A stretch of DNA of 64,000 bases from an uncultured virus (IMG/VR IMGVR_UViG_3300032288_005212) (Duplodnaviria > Heunggongvirae > Uroviricota > Caudoviricetes): IMG/VR virus record IMGVR_UViG_3300032288_005212, positions 42,085 through 106,084 of that record. One strand, given 5' to 3'. The position numbers were made by a program, and so were the translations under genes. Of this stretch, positions 35,491 through 46,401 are shown piece by piece. Position 1 is the stretch's first letter. Each line of letters starts with the position of its first letter. A model generated the notes under the pieces. It made no database searches and was not told the DNA's origin. It worked only from the letters and a program-made list of their open reading frames with translations.

Positions 35491-37770
35491 ATGGCCAATG
35501 TAGCTATTATTGAAGCGAAACCTTCGAAAACTAATTTTAAGCAATATTTTAAATTTGATTTTGATAGGTTTGCGTTGTCTTCGGACCCCACAATTAAAAA
35601 GGTTCTGAAAAAAGACGTCGACCTTAATTTTAACCCAGATGGCTATACCTGGGTTATTCTTGTTGGTTCTGAGCCACTGAAGTACTTTACTAAAGTAACT
35701 CAGGTAACTCAGTACGCAGGAACCGTGATTGATAATAAGTTTCTTCCTATTATCAATCCGAGTATGCTCACGTTTAAAGCCGAAGCTAAGAAACTCTGGG
35801 ATGATTCTCTTGAGAGTATTCTTGGCTATATTTCTGGCGACAAGAAAAAGGCTGACGTGTCTGACGAGAAGTTTCTCGGCATTCGAGATACAAACGAAGC
35901 AATTGCGTATATTCAAAAGTGCATTGATTCTCCAGAGGATTTCGTAGGCATTGACTCCGAAACAACTGGTCTGTATCCTCGCAATGCTCATATGCTTGGC
36001 ATTAGTCTTTCTTATAAGAAAGATGCTGGTGCGTATATTGATGCAGATTGCATTGATGAAAAAGCAGAGGCTAAGTTGCAGGAACTTTTCGACAAAAAGC
36101 GTATGGTCTTTCATAATGCAAAATTTGATATTCCAATGTTCGAATATCATTTCAGTCTTCGGGTTCGAAACTTTGAAGACACAATGCTTATGCACTATAT
36201 GATTGACGAAAATCCGGGTACTCATGGCTTGAAAATGCTTGCCATGAAGTATACGGAGTACGGCGACTACGAAAAACCAATGTATAATTGGATTGAGCAG
36301 TACCGTAAAGATCATAAAGTTTTGAAAGACGATTTTCGCTGGGAGTGGATTCCGTTTGAAGTAATGAAGACTTACGCAGCTATCGACGCTGCTGTAACTT
36401 TTATTCTTTTTGCGAAGTTTGAGAACGCACTCAAGCGGGGAAATCCGCAATTGATGCGCGTCTATAAGACTATTCTACTTCCAGCGTCTCGCTTTTTGAT
36501 GGATGTACAGGATAACGGTGTTCCGTTTAATGTTGACCGACTTATTGCTAGCCAAGGTCTTATGTCAAAGGAGATCGAAGAGGCAGTAGTCGAACTTCGA
36601 AAGCATGAAAGCATTGTAAAGTTTGAAAAAGAGCAGGAGAAGGAGTTCAATCCGAATAGCGTAATGCAGCTTCGAAAGTTGCTTTTCGATTATGTTGGTC
36701 TTGAGCCTACTGGAATTGTAACTGAAAAAGGTGAGCATTCTACGAATTCTGAAGTTCTCGAAAAACTTGCACTGCAACATGAGATTCCGAAGCTGATTCT
36801 TGAAATTCGTAAAAAGACGAAGATTAAGAATACTTATCTCGATAAAATTATTCCTCAGCTAGATTCTGATGGAAGACTTCGTACGAACTTTAACCTTCAT
36901 GGTACCACTTCTGGACGACTGTCTTCGAGTGGAAAGTTAAATATGCAGCAGCTTCCTCGAGATAATCCGATTGTAAAAGGTTGTATTAAAGCTCGGGATG
37001 GTCACAAGATTGTATCAATGGACTTGCAGACTGCTGAAGTTTATGTAGCCTCTGTTCTTGCAGACGATCTTGAGCTTCAAGATGTGTTCAGGTCTGGGGG
37101 AAACTTTCACTCTACAATTGCGAAAAAAGTATTTCGTCTCAATTGTCCTGTGGAAGAAGTTGCAGAAAAATATAAGGAAGTTCGTCAGGCTGCAAAAGCC
37201 GTAACGTTCGGAATTATGTATGGCGCTGGACCACAAAAGATTAGTGAGCAAGTAACCAAAGACGGCGGAAGACTTTCCGTAGGCGAAGCAAAAGATATTA
37301 TTAAAGAATATTTTAGTGCTTTCTGGAAACTGGAGGAGTGGATTAATGAGCAAAAAGCATTCATCGAGAAAAACGGTCACGTCTATTCCATCTTTGGAAG
37401 AAAGCGTAGACTCGACGCAGCCAAAGACAAAGAAAACAAGGGAGTCCAAGGACACGCAGTCCGCTCCGGCCTTAACTTTCTTGTACAGTCTGCGGCATCG
37501 GATATTAACTTGATTGGTGCAATTGAAGTTAATAACGTAATCAAGCAGCGTGGAATGAAAGCTAAAATCTTCGCACTTGTGCACGACTCGATTCTTGCTG
37601 AAGTTCCAAATGACGAAGTTGAGGATTACAAAGCTATTCTTTCAGCTGAGATTCAAAAAGACAGGGGTATTAGTATCCCAGGTTGCCCAATCGGTATCGA
37701 TATTGACGTAGGCGATGACTACTCAATGGGCAAATTTGAAGATAAATATGCTGGTTCCATTAAACTTTAA
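35491..37770 (+). CDS. T5-like family A DNA polymerase with 3'-5' exonuclease
   Basis: DSETTGL, HNAKFD, YAAID, TTSGRLSS, D...AE, RQAAKAVTFGIMYG, VHDS. Confidence 0.97.
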   Translation: MANVAIIEAKPSKTNFKQYFKFDFDRFALSSDPTIKKVLKKDVDLNFNPDGYTWVILVGSEPLKYFTKVTQVTQYAGTVIDNKFLPIINPSMLTFKAEAKKLWDDSLESILGYISGDKKKADVSDEKFLGIRDTNEAIAYIQKCIDSPEDFVGIDSETTGLYPRNAHMLGISLSYKKDAGAYIDADCIDEKAEAKLQELFDKKRMVFHNAKFDIPMFEYHFSLRVRNFEDTMLMHYMIDENPGTHGLKMLAMKYTEYGDYEKPMYNWIEQYRKDHKVLKDDFRWEWIPFEVMKTYAAIDAAVTFILFAKFENALKRGNPQLMRVYKTILLPASRFLMDVQDNGVPFNVDRLIASQGLMSKEIEEAVVELRKHESIVKFEKEQEKEFNPNSVMQLRKLLFDYVGLEPTGIVTEKGEHSTNSEVLEKLALQHEIPKLILEIRKKTKIKNTYLDKIIPQLDSDGRLRTNFNLHGTTSGRLSSSGKLNMQQLPRDNPIVKGCIKARDGHKIVSMDLQTAEVYVASVLADDLELQDVFRSGGNFHSTIAKKVFRLNCPVEEVAEKYKEVRQAAKAVTFGIMYGAGPQKISEQVTKDGGRLSVGEAKDIIKEYFSAFWKLEEWINEQKAFIEKNGHVYSIFGRKRRLDAAKDKENKGVQGHAVRSGLNFLVQSAASDINLIGAIEVNNVIKQRGMKAKIFALVHDSILAEVPNDEVEDYKAILSAEIQKDRGISIPGCPIGIDIDVGDDYSMGKFEDKYAGSIKL

Positions 37771-38245
37771 ACAGATAAATAGAGCTGTTAAGTTTCCTGT
37801 ATATGAAATCCCGTCAGAGGATTTATACTCCTCTGATGGGCTTCTTTTTATTAACGGAAAAGTGCTAGACGATAAAAACCAAAGCGGTAAAACTCTCGGA
37901 GAGAGAAGATTAAAAACTTCTCAGCTAAAAGCTCCGTTGGTAAAATCGTATCATTCCTTTATCGATTTAGTAAAGTCTACACATTCATTATTTATTGATA
38001 GCCGCGGTGTTCCGTTTCGCTATGAAAGAGGTAAGGTTTGTACTGTAGAGTCTCGTAAAATCAAAAAGAAAATGTCTCGAAATACTTATACAGTTATTTA
38101 TGTGGAAAAAGTAAATAGTTTATTTTCAATGTCACGGTATCCAGCAGCAGAAGAATGGGCGCAGATATTATATCTAGATAAGATGCCGTGGCTTTTATAT
38201 GGCGTATCTGAGATGGAACTAAAATCTTTTCGAAAGACAATATGA
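37748..38245 (+). CDS. Conserved T5-like hypothetical protein between pol and D10
   Basis: LDDKN..G.TLG.RRL, FIDS.G; synteny. Confidence 0.7.
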   Translation: MLVPLNFKQINRAVKFPVYEIPSEDLYSSDGLLFINGKVLDDKNQSGKTLGERRLKTSQLKAPLVKSYHSFIDLVKSTHSLFIDSRGVPFRYERGKVCTVESRKIKKKMSRNTYTVIYVEKVNSLFSMSRYPAAEEWAQILYLDKMPWLLYGVSEMELKSFRKTI

Positions 38246-39534
38246 AAGCAATAATATCAAATAGAATATATCTTAATGCTCGAGATCCATCTCATATTGT
38301 TGAGATGGAAAAAGCTTTAACTTATAAGATTGATTCCTATAAGGAAGATGCTCCCCCAATAATCATTAAGAATATTCGAAAGATACGAGACAACCTTTAT
38401 TCTATTCCAGTTGGAAGAACTGATCTTATTCCAAAGGGTTACGAAATAGTAGATAAGAGACTAGAAGTTCCAGTAGAGTTTCCAGAGTTTCGATTTGATC
38501 TTCGAGACAGTCAAAAGGAAATCTACGATAAAATTGAAGGAAATGCAGTAATTAATGCTTTTGTATCGTGGGGCAAGACTTTTACAGCACTTGCAATTGC
38601 AGCAAAGTTTTCTCAGAAAACCTTGATTGTTACTCACACAATTGCACTAAGAACTCAGTGGGAAGCTGAGATTAAAAAAGTATTTGGAATTACTCCAGGA
38701 GTAATTGGAAGTGGAGTTTTTAATATTGCTCCTCCAATAGTTGTTGGAAACGTACAAACGCTTTATAAAAAGCGTGGAGAGATAGAAAAGACATTTGGTA
38801 CTTTGATTATAGACGAGTGCCATCACATCCCAGCTAATACTTTTAATCGTCTTGTCGATGCTAGTTATGCCAAGTATAAAATTGGACTGACTGGAACAGT
38901 AGAAAGAAAGGATGGACGACACGTACTTCTTCCAGACTACTTTGGCACCACCAAGTTCACGCCTCCGCGTGAAAATTATATGGTTCCTACAGTTGATGTT
39001 ATCCAATCAAAAGTGCGATTTATGGATGGAGCTAAAATTCCTTGGGCGATTCGAGTAAACGATCTTGTAGCTCAGGAAGGTTATGGAGAGCTAATCGCAC
39101 TGCTTGCAGCAGCTTATCGAAAACAAGGTCATAAAGTTCTTCTTCTTTCTGATCGAGTTTACTTTCTCAAACGTATTGCTGCAACGCTTGGAGACCATTG
39201 TGAGATTATTACAGGAGAAAACTCTACAGAAGATCGAGAAGCAAAGATTCGCAAAATCAATGCTGGTGAAGTAGATATTCTTCTTGGAACACAAAGTATC
39301 TTCTCTGAGGGTATTAGCGTGAATCCACTTAGTTGTCTTATTCTCGCATCTCCTGTAAATAATACTCCGCTACTCACACAGCTTATTGGTCGAGTAGTAC
39401 GAGAGTATCCAAATAAAAAATCTCCGGTTATCGTTGATATTAATCTCAAAGGAAAGACAGCTGAAAAACAAGCTCAATTTCGTCTCGGGCACTATATCAA
39501 GGAAGGATACCAAGTGAACTTTATACCTGTTTGA
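38242..39534 (+). CDS. T5 D10-like SF2 helicase
   Basis: WGKT, DECH, GLTGT..RKDG, EGIS, QLIGRV.R. Confidence 0.92.
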   Translation: MKAIISNRIYLNARDPSHIVEMEKALTYKIDSYKEDAPPIIIKNIRKIRDNLYSIPVGRTDLIPKGYEIVDKRLEVPVEFPEFRFDLRDSQKEIYDKIEGNAVINAFVSWGKTFTALAIAAKFSQKTLIVTHTIALRTQWEAEIKKVFGITPGVIGSGVFNIAPPIVVGNVQTLYKKRGEIEKTFGTLIIDECHHIPANTFNRLVDASYAKYKIGLTGTVERKDGRHVLLPDYFGTTKFTPPRENYMVPTVDVIQSKVRFMDGAKIPWAIRVNDLVAQEGYGELIALLAAAYRKQGHKVLLLSDRVYFLKRIAATLGDHCEIITGENSTEDREAKIRKINAGEVDILLGTQSIFSEGISVNPLSCLILASPVNNTPLLTQLIGRVVREYPNKKSPVIVDINLKGKTAEKQAQFRLGHYIKEGYQVNFIPV

Positions 39535-39544
39535 AAAATTGTTC

Positions 39545-39573
39545 TTGACTTTTTTTGTTCAATACGGTATAAT
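39545..39573 (+). promoter_or_regulatory. Early promoter
   Basis: TTGACT-17 nt-TATAAT. Confidence 0.88.
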
Positions 39574-39596
39574 ATCTTTTTTGGGAGTAATTATAA

Positions 39597-39989
39597 ATGA
39601 TTTTTTTCGATTGGCCTACAGTATTTATTCAGTCTGAAGGGCTGCCTAGTAAAATACTGGATATCGTTGCGTATCTTACTTTTAAGCCAATTCCAAAGAA
39701 TAATTATGATGCTCACATTAAAAAGATGGCAGCAATAAATTGGATGGGCCACTCTTATCTTCTTAACCCCAAAAAGGTTATTACGGCAAGAGAAACTTTT
39801 CCAGCCGAAAAACTTGCAGAATATGTGGCGCTAGCAAGTTTTCGTAATTATAATCAATACAAAGTCACAAAACAAGCTACTCTGTCGGTATATGAATGTC
39901 CTATATCGGTGGAGTCTTTACAAAGCAATAAACTACTTTCCATACAAAATGACCAAATATATTTTTGTTGGGAAGAAGTTCTTCACTAA
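39597..39989 (+). CDS. Conserved T5-like hypothetical protein
   Basis: FFDW, G.S.LLNP, EY..LAS.R.Y; upstream of D11. Confidence 0.7.
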   Translation: MIFFDWPTVFIQSEGLPSKILDIVAYLTFKPIPKNNYDAHIKKMAAINWMGHSYLLNPKKVITARETFPAEKLAEYVALASFRNYNQYKVTKQATLSVYECPISVESLQSNKLLSIQNDQIYFCWEEVLH

Positions 39990-39998
39990 GGAAAAACA

Positions 39999-40640
39999 AT
40001 GGGTATTAAATTTACGACTTCTTCTGGTTCTGCCAAGAAAAACAATCTTGACCAGTATGCTTACAAAAACGGCGACAACTGTGTTCGTCTGATTGGTGAC
40101 CTTCTTCCTCGGTATATTTACTGGGTAAAAGGTGATAAGGATAAGAACATTCCAATGGAGTGTCTGTCTTTTGATCGCGCCTCTGAGCGTTTTACAAATT
40201 CAGAAAAAGATTGGGTGAAGGAATACTATCCCGATCTCAAGTGCTCCTGGGCATATTCCATTCAGTGTATCGATCCCGCTGATGGAAAGGTAAAAATCTT
40301 CAATCTGAAGAAAAAGCTGATGGATCAGATTCGTGTAGCTGCCGAAGACCTTGGCGATCCTACCGATCCCGAAAATGGCTGGGAAGTACACTTTAAGCGT
40401 GTAAAGAACGGCCCAAATGTTTATAACGTAGAGTACACTCTACAGACTCTCAAGTGCCAGAAGAGCATTCGCCCTCTGACTACTGAAGAGCGTGAAGCTG
40501 TTGAAGCATCTGCGTCGATTGACGAGCTTCTTCCACGTCCGACGCCCGATCAGCAGAAAGAGTACCTCGAGCGCATGATGACTGGTGCTACTGAGTCGAA
40601 TACCGACGAATCTATTAGCGACGAATTCGATGTAGAATGA
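39999..40640 (+). CDS. T5 D11-like ssDNA-binding protein
   Basis: LPRY.YW, ECL.FDR, LKKKL..QI...AEDLGDPTD, acidic tail. Confidence 0.85.
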   Translation: MGIKFTTSSGSAKKNNLDQYAYKNGDNCVRLIGDLLPRYIYWVKGDKDKNIPMECLSFDRASERFTNSEKDWVKEYYPDLKCSWAYSIQCIDPADGKVKIFNLKKKLMDQIRVAAEDLGDPTDPENGWEVHFKRVKNGPNVYNVEYTLQTLKCQKSIRPLTTEEREAVEASASIDELLPRPTPDQQKEYLERMMTGATESNTDESISDEFDVE

Positions 40641-41590
40641 GAATATTATTTTCAGCAGACTGGCATATCAAGCTAGGACAGAAGAACGTGCCCACTAGCT
40701 GGGCTCGTTCAAGATACCTCTCCTTCTTCGATAAGCTAAAAGAGCTGGAAGAGAATGTAGATTTACATATAATTGGTGGAGATATTTTTGATAGGGTTCC
40801 AACTCTTGATGAGTTGGAGCTCTATTTTTCGTTTGTAAAAAGCACAAAAATAGAGACAATTATATATGATGGCAATCATGAAGCGACAAAGAAGAATAGT
40901 AGTTTTTTAACTGTTCTTGCAGATGTAACTTCAAATCTGAATGAGAGAGTAACTGTGATTACTTCTAGTTATGAAGATTCTCGAGGCTTCTCGATTCTTC
41001 CATACTGTGAACTTCATAAGAAAGATTCCATTGAAAAACTAAACTCATCTCTTCCGTTGTTTACTCATGTAAGAGGAGAAATACCACCACACGTTACGCC
41101 AGAAGTTGATCTTGAAAGGTTTAGTAATTTTCCAATTGTTTTTGCAGGCGATTTACACGCTCACTCAAACTCTCAGAGAAATATTGTTTACCCAGGTAGT
41201 CCAATGACTACATCTTTTCATAGATCAAAAGTAAATACAGGGCTTGTACTCATTGATAACTGGAACTGGAGTTGGATTGATCTCGATCTTCCTCAACTTA
41301 TTCGAAAGACAGTTACAGATACAAATGAGATGATTCCAGGTATAAAAGATCATATCATTTACGAACTAGAAGGTGATATGCGAGATCTGGCAAAAGTAGC
41401 AAATACAGAGCTTCTTGACAAAAAAGTAGTGAAACGAAACATTGAAACTTCTCTCGTACTCGACAAGAGTATGACTCTCGCAGAAGAGCTTGTTGAGTAT
41501 CTAACCTACATCTTAGAAATTTCGGACGATAAAATACCTAGTATTGTAGGGTTGTTTAATGATTACACTAAAAACATTGAAATGGGATAA
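40637..41590 (+). CDS. T5 D12, SbcD/Mre11-like nuclease
   Basis: ADWH, GGDIFD, GNHE, GDLH, YPGSP. Confidence 0.92.
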   Translation: MRILFSADWHIKLGQKNVPTSWARSRYLSFFDKLKELEENVDLHIIGGDIFDRVPTLDELELYFSFVKSTKIETIIYDGNHEATKKNSSFLTVLADVTSNLNERVTVITSSYEDSRGFSILPYCELHKKDSIEKLNSSLPLFTHVRGEIPPHVTPEVDLERFSNFPIVFAGDLHAHSNSQRNIVYPGSPMTTSFHRSKVNTGLVLIDNWNWSWIDLDLPQLIRKTVTDTNEMIPGIKDHIIYELEGDMRDLAKVANTELLDKKVVKRNIETSLVLDKSMTLAEELVEYLTYILEISDDKIPSIVGLFNDYTKNIEMG

Positions 41591-43358
41591 TTGCTTTTCT
41601 TATGGAGAAGGCAATATTCTTGATCTTTCTGAGAATAAGATAACTCAGATTTTAGGCACAAATGGAGTTGGAAAATCCTCTATTCCGCTAATTCTTGAAG
41701 AAGTTTTGTTTAACAAAAACTCAAAAGGAATTAAAAAAGCGGATATTCAAAACAGGTTGATTGAAAAAGGGTACAATATCGAGCTGTCTTTTTCCAAAGA
41801 TGCCGACGAGTATGAAATCAATCTTGTTCGACGTGCAGCTACTATTAAAGTCAAACTGTTTAAAAACGGAGATGACATTAGTAGCCATACGGCAACAAAT
41901 ACCTATAAAACCATAGAGGATATACTTGGTATTGATTTTCGAACCTTTTCTCAAGTCGTATATCAAAATACCAACTCCAGCCTTAATTTTCTTACAGCTA
42001 CTGATGCAAATAGAAAGAAATTTCTTATTGACCTTCTTGGTCTTGAGCAGTATGTTGAACTATTTGAAGTATTTAAAAATGCTTCAAAAGATGTTGAGCA
42101 AGAATTCTCAAAGTTAGAAGGAAAGATTGTAACTATCGAAAGATGGCTAGAATCAAATAAGTTGTTTGATACAACTCCAAAAGAAATTCAACCACTTCCT
42201 ACTATTTCAGCTAACGATCAGGAGGAGATGAATCGTCTTGCTATTGAATTAAATAATATTTCGACCACTAATAGAGAGATTGCAAAGAATAATCAATTAA
42301 AAGATCTTCTTAGGCAAATTCCGATAGCGTCTATAAGAGAGATGCCTGAAGATCAAGTGGAATCCTATGATGTGTACCAAGCACAACTAGGCGAAATTAA
42401 AAGCATAGTTGGATCTGCCAAAAAACTCATAGGTAAGATGGAGGATCTAGGAAATGTATGCCCAACTTGTGAACAATCAGTGCCAGAGCAATTCAAGCTC
42501 GATCACATACACAAAGAAAAAGAAAAGATTACTGAGCAAGAAGGAAAATACAAAGATATTCAGGCGAGAATTAAGGAAATTCAAGAAAAGAATGAGAGGG
42601 CTGTTCTAAAAAATAGAAAGCTAAAAGAGTGGGAAGACCTTTATCGATCTATTAAACACGATATGCCCACTAAACTCATTAATGAAGATGAGTTAAAGGA
42701 AAAATTAAGTGCTCTCAGAACACGTATCAAAGATACAGAAACTCTGATTGCAAAAATTAGCAGAGAGAATAATGACCGCGCTAGCCACAATGCCAAGATT
42801 TCTGTCATTCAAGAACAGACTGAGAATTTCAAATCTCAGTTAGCAACTCTTCAGGTTGATTATGAAACCTGTAATTCAAAGAGAGCTAATCTTGAAGTGC
42901 TTAAAAAAGCATTTAGTACAAATGGTCTTGTAGCTTACAAGATCGAAAACTTGGTAAAAGAGCTAGAAGAACTTACTAGCAACTATCTATCTGAACTATC
43001 AGATGGTAGATTCACTTTGAATTTTACTGTTAGTAACGATAAACTAAATGTGGAAATTACAGATAATGGTAACGTGATAGATATTCTTGCACTTTCTTCT
43101 GGAGAGTTGGCTCGAGTAAATATTGCAACACTACTTGGTATTCGAAAACTAATGAGTAGTCTATCTTCTAGTAAAATCAACGTATTATTTCTTGACGAAG
43201 TAATGAACGTTCTTGATGAGCTAGGAAGAGAGAAGTTAGTTGATGTTCTACTCAATGAAGAACTAAATACCTATATCGTAAGCCACCAATGGTCTCATCC
43301 TCTTTTAAATAAGATTGAGGTTCAAAAAACCCGAGGCATTAGTGGAATTATTGTCTAA
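41559..43358 (+). CDS. T5 D13, SbcC/Rad50-like ATPase
   Basis: GTNGVGKS, coiled coil with CPTC hook, LSSGE, LFLDE, SH. Confidence 0.93.
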   Translation: MITLKTLKWDNCFSYGEGNILDLSENKITQILGTNGVGKSSIPLILEEVLFNKNSKGIKKADIQNRLIEKGYNIELSFSKDADEYEINLVRRAATIKVKLFKNGDDISSHTATNTYKTIEDILGIDFRTFSQVVYQNTNSSLNFLTATDANRKKFLIDLLGLEQYVELFEVFKNASKDVEQEFSKLEGKIVTIERWLESNKLFDTTPKEIQPLPTISANDQEEMNRLAIELNNISTTNREIAKNNQLKDLLRQIPIASIREMPEDQVESYDVYQAQLGEIKSIVGSAKKLIGKMEDLGNVCPTCEQSVPEQFKLDHIHKEKEKITEQEGKYKDIQARIKEIQEKNERAVLKNRKLKEWEDLYRSIKHDMPTKLINEDELKEKLSALRTRIKDTETLIAKISRENNDRASHNAKISVIQEQTENFKSQLATLQVDYETCNSKRANLEVLKKAFSTNGLVAYKIENLVKELEELTSNYLSELSDGRFTLNFTVSNDKLNVEITDNGNVIDILALSSGELARVNIATLLGIRKLMSSLSSSKINVLFLDEVMNVLDELGREKLVDVLLNEELNTYIVSHQWSHPLLNKIEVQKTRGISGIIV

Positions 43359-43795
43359 TGGTAGATTCAAGAATGAAAGGACAACGTGGAGAATACTTAG
43401 TAAGAGACTTGTTGAGAGACGCAACAGGACTTACTTTTGAGAGAGTGCCCAGTTCGGGCGCTCTTTCTTATCTCAAAGGAGACTTATACATACCAGATGC
43501 AAAAAATGTATATTGCATTGAAGTAAAGAATTATGATAGCAGTCCTTTGAATGATAAGATATTTACAAACAAAACTAACTATTTGTCTAACTGGTGGGAG
43601 AAAATTGTACAACAGGCTGGACTCAAATTACAAAAACCACTTCTATTTTTTAAATACACAAGATCAAAAATTTATGTAGTTACATCAGAAAAGCCAGTCA
43701 ATACAAAGTATATGCACATATCCTGGCTAGACTGTTATGTAATGCTCGCAGAAGAATGGCTCAAACAAGAAACGCTGGAGTTTGTTCGTGATTAA
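43358..43795 (+). CDS. T5 D14, Holliday-junction-resolvase-like nuclease
   Basis: SR.KG.RGE, RVP.SGA, KGD, IEVK. Confidence 0.85.
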   Translation: MVDSRMKGQRGEYLVRDLLRDATGLTFERVPSSGALSYLKGDLYIPDAKNVYCIEVKNYDSSPLNDKIFTNKTNYLSNWWEKIVQQAGLKLQKPLLFFKYTRSKIYVVTSEKPVNTKYMHISWLDCYVMLAEEWLKQETLEFVRD

Positions 43796-44645
43796 ATTTA
43801 AAGAAACAATGCTAGATAAGAATAACAATGTTCTTATCGTTGATGCTATGAACCTAGCGTTTCGATGGAAGCATCAAGGTAAAACGGACTTTGAAGATGA
43901 GTATATTCGTACAGTTCAAAGTCTAGCCCAATCTTATAAGTGCAGCAATATCATTATCGCTGCAGATCAGGGAAATAGCTACTATCGTAAGTCTATTTGC
44001 CCAGAATATAAAGAAAATAGAAAAGAAAGATACGAGAACCAGACGGACGAAGAAAAAGAAGCAATGGAAGAATTTTTTCAGGAGTACGAAAGAACTCTTG
44101 AAGCTCTTTCAGAAAAGTTTCTTGTTCTTCGATATAAAGGTGTAGAGGCAGATGACTTAGCTGCTTTTATTGTTAAGTATCGAGAGTCGCTAAATATTGA
44201 AGATATTTGGTTAATCTCAAGTGATAGAGACTGGGATCTTCTTGTAAATGATAATGTTTCAAGATTCTCCACAGTAACTAGAAAAGAAACTACAGTTCAT
44301 AATTGGGATGAGTTTTTTGAGTTTCCGAGAGAAGAGTATATCAGCTACAAAGTTCTAATGGGCGATAAAGGAGATAATATCTCAGGCGTTCCAGGAATTG
44401 GTCCAAAGCGAGCAACAGATTTAATAAATCAATACGGCTCTGCTTTCGATATTTACGATATGCTACCGCTACAAGGAAAATACAAATACATCCAAACGCT
44501 GAATGAAAATGCGGAACTATTGCTAAAGAATTATATGCTGATGGATCTACTCAGCTATTGTGAAGAAGCAATAACTTTTCCAAAGCACTCAATCGAAGAG
44601 ATAGAGACGAAGATAAAGGAATTTTTGAATGAAGTTGAATTATAA
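43788..44645 (+). CDS. T5 D15-like flap endonuclease/5'-3' exonuclease
   Basis: VDAMNLAFR, YK.NR, GVEADD, SSDRDW, GDKGDN..GVPGIGPKRA. Confidence 0.95.
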   Translation: MIKFKETMLDKNNNVLIVDAMNLAFRWKHQGKTDFEDEYIRTVQSLAQSYKCSNIIIAADQGNSYYRKSICPEYKENRKERYENQTDEEKEAMEEFFQEYERTLEALSEKFLVLRYKGVEADDLAAFIVKYRESLNIEDIWLISSDRDWDLLVNDNVSRFSTVTRKETTVHNWDEFFEFPREEYISYKVLMGDKGDNISGVPGIGPKRATDLINQYGSAFDIYDMLPLQGKYKYIQTLNENAELLLKNYMLMDLLSYCEEAITFPKHSIEEIETKIKEFLNEVEL

Positions 44646-46398
44646 GCTGGATTTTCTACTATCCGAATTTGGGGTAAAAACTCTTCAAGATAGATACATG
44701 ATCGCAGGCGAAAACTCGCCTCAAGATGCTTTCGCACGTGCGGCGAGAGCCTTTGCCGACGATGAAGAGCATGCACAGAGACTATATAACTATGCAAGTA
44801 ACCTCTGGTTTATGTTCAGTACACCAATACTGTCAAATGGTGGGACTACTCGAGGTCTCCCTATTAGTTGCTTTCTTAACTATGTTGATGACTCTCGAGG
44901 GGGAATTACCGGACATTACACTGAAAACGCTTTTCTTTCTTCTGTTGGTGGCGGGATTGGTGGATGTTGGAATGATGTTCGTTCTGTAGGAAGTAAAACT
45001 TCCTCTGGTTCGGAAAGTACAGGAGTAATTCCGTTTCTCAAAGTTGTCGATGCAGAAATGCTTGCGTTTTCACAAGGCGTGACACGTCGTGGAAGCTACG
45101 CTGCATATCTTCATATGTCGCATCCAGAGATCGAAGAGTTTCTCGATGTACGAAAACCGACTGGTGGAGACATTAATCGAAAGTCGACAAATCTTCATCA
45201 CGCCGTTATTATTCCAGATGCCTTTATGAAACTCATAGAAGGAGCTACAAAGGAAGAAGGTTTTGACGATTCTTGGCCTCTTATCGACCCACACAGTGGA
45301 AAGGTAACAAAGACAGTTCCAGCTAAAACTCTTTGGGTAAAACTTATTCAAAACCGAGTTGAAACTGGTGAACCATATATTATGTTTGAAGATACGGTAA
45401 ACGAAGCACTTCCAGAGTCACAAAAGAATCTTGGGCTTCGCGTACATCATTCAAATCTTTGTAGTGAGATTACTCTTCCAACAAACGAATATCGAACTGC
45501 AGTTTGCTGCCTTTCAAGTGTAAATCTTGAAGAGTATGACTCCTGGTCAAAGTGCGATCAATTCATTCCCGATCTTATAAGAATGCTTGACAATGTTCTT
45601 ACATATTTTATTGATAATGCTCCGCCTGAGCTAGAGAAAGCAGTATTTAGTGCTACTCGAGAGCGCAGCATCGGTCTTGGAGCGATGGGATTTCATGCGT
45701 ACCTTCAGAGACATCACTTACCGTTTGAAAGTGCTCTTGCAAAAGGCAGAAACATGGCGATGTTCAAGCATATTAAGCAAAAAGCAGTGGAAGCCAGCCG
45801 ACAGCTCGCTATTGAGCGTGGCGAAGCACCTGATGCCGAAGGCACTGGAATGCGTAATTGCCATTTGCTGGCTATTGCTCCTAATGCTAGTAGCAGCATT
45901 ATATGTGGTAATACTAGCCCTAGCATCGAGCCTTATCGTGCTAATGCGTTTGTTCAAAAAACTAAGAGCGGCACTAGCCTTCTGAAGAACGAATATCTTG
46001 AATCTGTTCTTCAGGATCTTGACCAGGATACTGACGAAGTCTGGAAAAGCATCATGATGAATGAAGGCTCTGTACAGCATCTTGACTTTCTTGATGACTA
46101 TACAAAGGATGTATTTAAGACTGGAGTAGAAATCGATCAGCGTTGGATTATTGATCTTGCGGCAGATCGACAGCAGTATATCTGCCAAAGCCAGTCTCTC
46201 AATGTTTTCTTTCCGGCAAACGTTTCAAAGCAAGAACTTCACGCTATTCATATGATGGCATGGAAGAAAAAAGTAAAGACTCTTTATTATCTTCGAAGTG
46301 AAGCATACAAGAGAGCAGAAAAAATCTCTGATGAAGCTCTTCGACAACTTGTTGTTGAAAGCACAGATGAAAACGCTTGTCTTGCTTGCCAGGGATAA
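44629..46398 (+). other.  Confidence 0.
44629..46398 (+). CDS. nrdA: Class I ribonucleotide reductase alpha subunit (no ATP cone)
   Basis: STP.L.N, ISCF, QG..RRG, GEPY, SNLCSEI, APNASSS, C-terminal CLAC. Confidence 0.96.
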   Translation: MKLNYKLDFLLSEFGVKTLQDRYMIAGENSPQDAFARAARAFADDEEHAQRLYNYASNLWFMFSTPILSNGGTTRGLPISCFLNYVDDSRGGITGHYTENAFLSSVGGGIGGCWNDVRSVGSKTSSGSESTGVIPFLKVVDAEMLAFSQGVTRRGSYAAYLHMSHPEIEEFLDVRKPTGGDINRKSTNLHHAVIIPDAFMKLIEGATKEEGFDDSWPLIDPHSGKVTKTVPAKTLWVKLIQNRVETGEPYIMFEDTVNEALPESQKNLGLRVHHSNLCSEITLPTNEYRTAVCCLSSVNLEEYDSWSKCDQFIPDLIRMLDNVLTYFIDNAPPELEKAVFSATRERSIGLGAMGFHAYLQRHHLPFESALAKGRNMAMFKHIKQKAVEASRQLAIERGEAPDAEGTGMRNCHLLAIAPNASSSIICGNTSPSIEPYRANAFVQKTKSGTSLLKNEYLESVLQDLDQDTDEVWKSIMMNEGSVQHLDFLDDYTKDVFKTGVEIDQRWIIDLAADRQQYICQSQSLNVFFPANVSKQELHAIHMMAWKKKVKTLYYLRSEAYKRAEKISDEALRQLVVESTDENACLACQG

Positions 46399-46401
46399 TT
46401 T

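Noticed and set aside
35428-37584. Long minus-strand ORFs of 340 and 189 aa
   Set aside because: Antisense to DNA polymerase; no recognisable motifs
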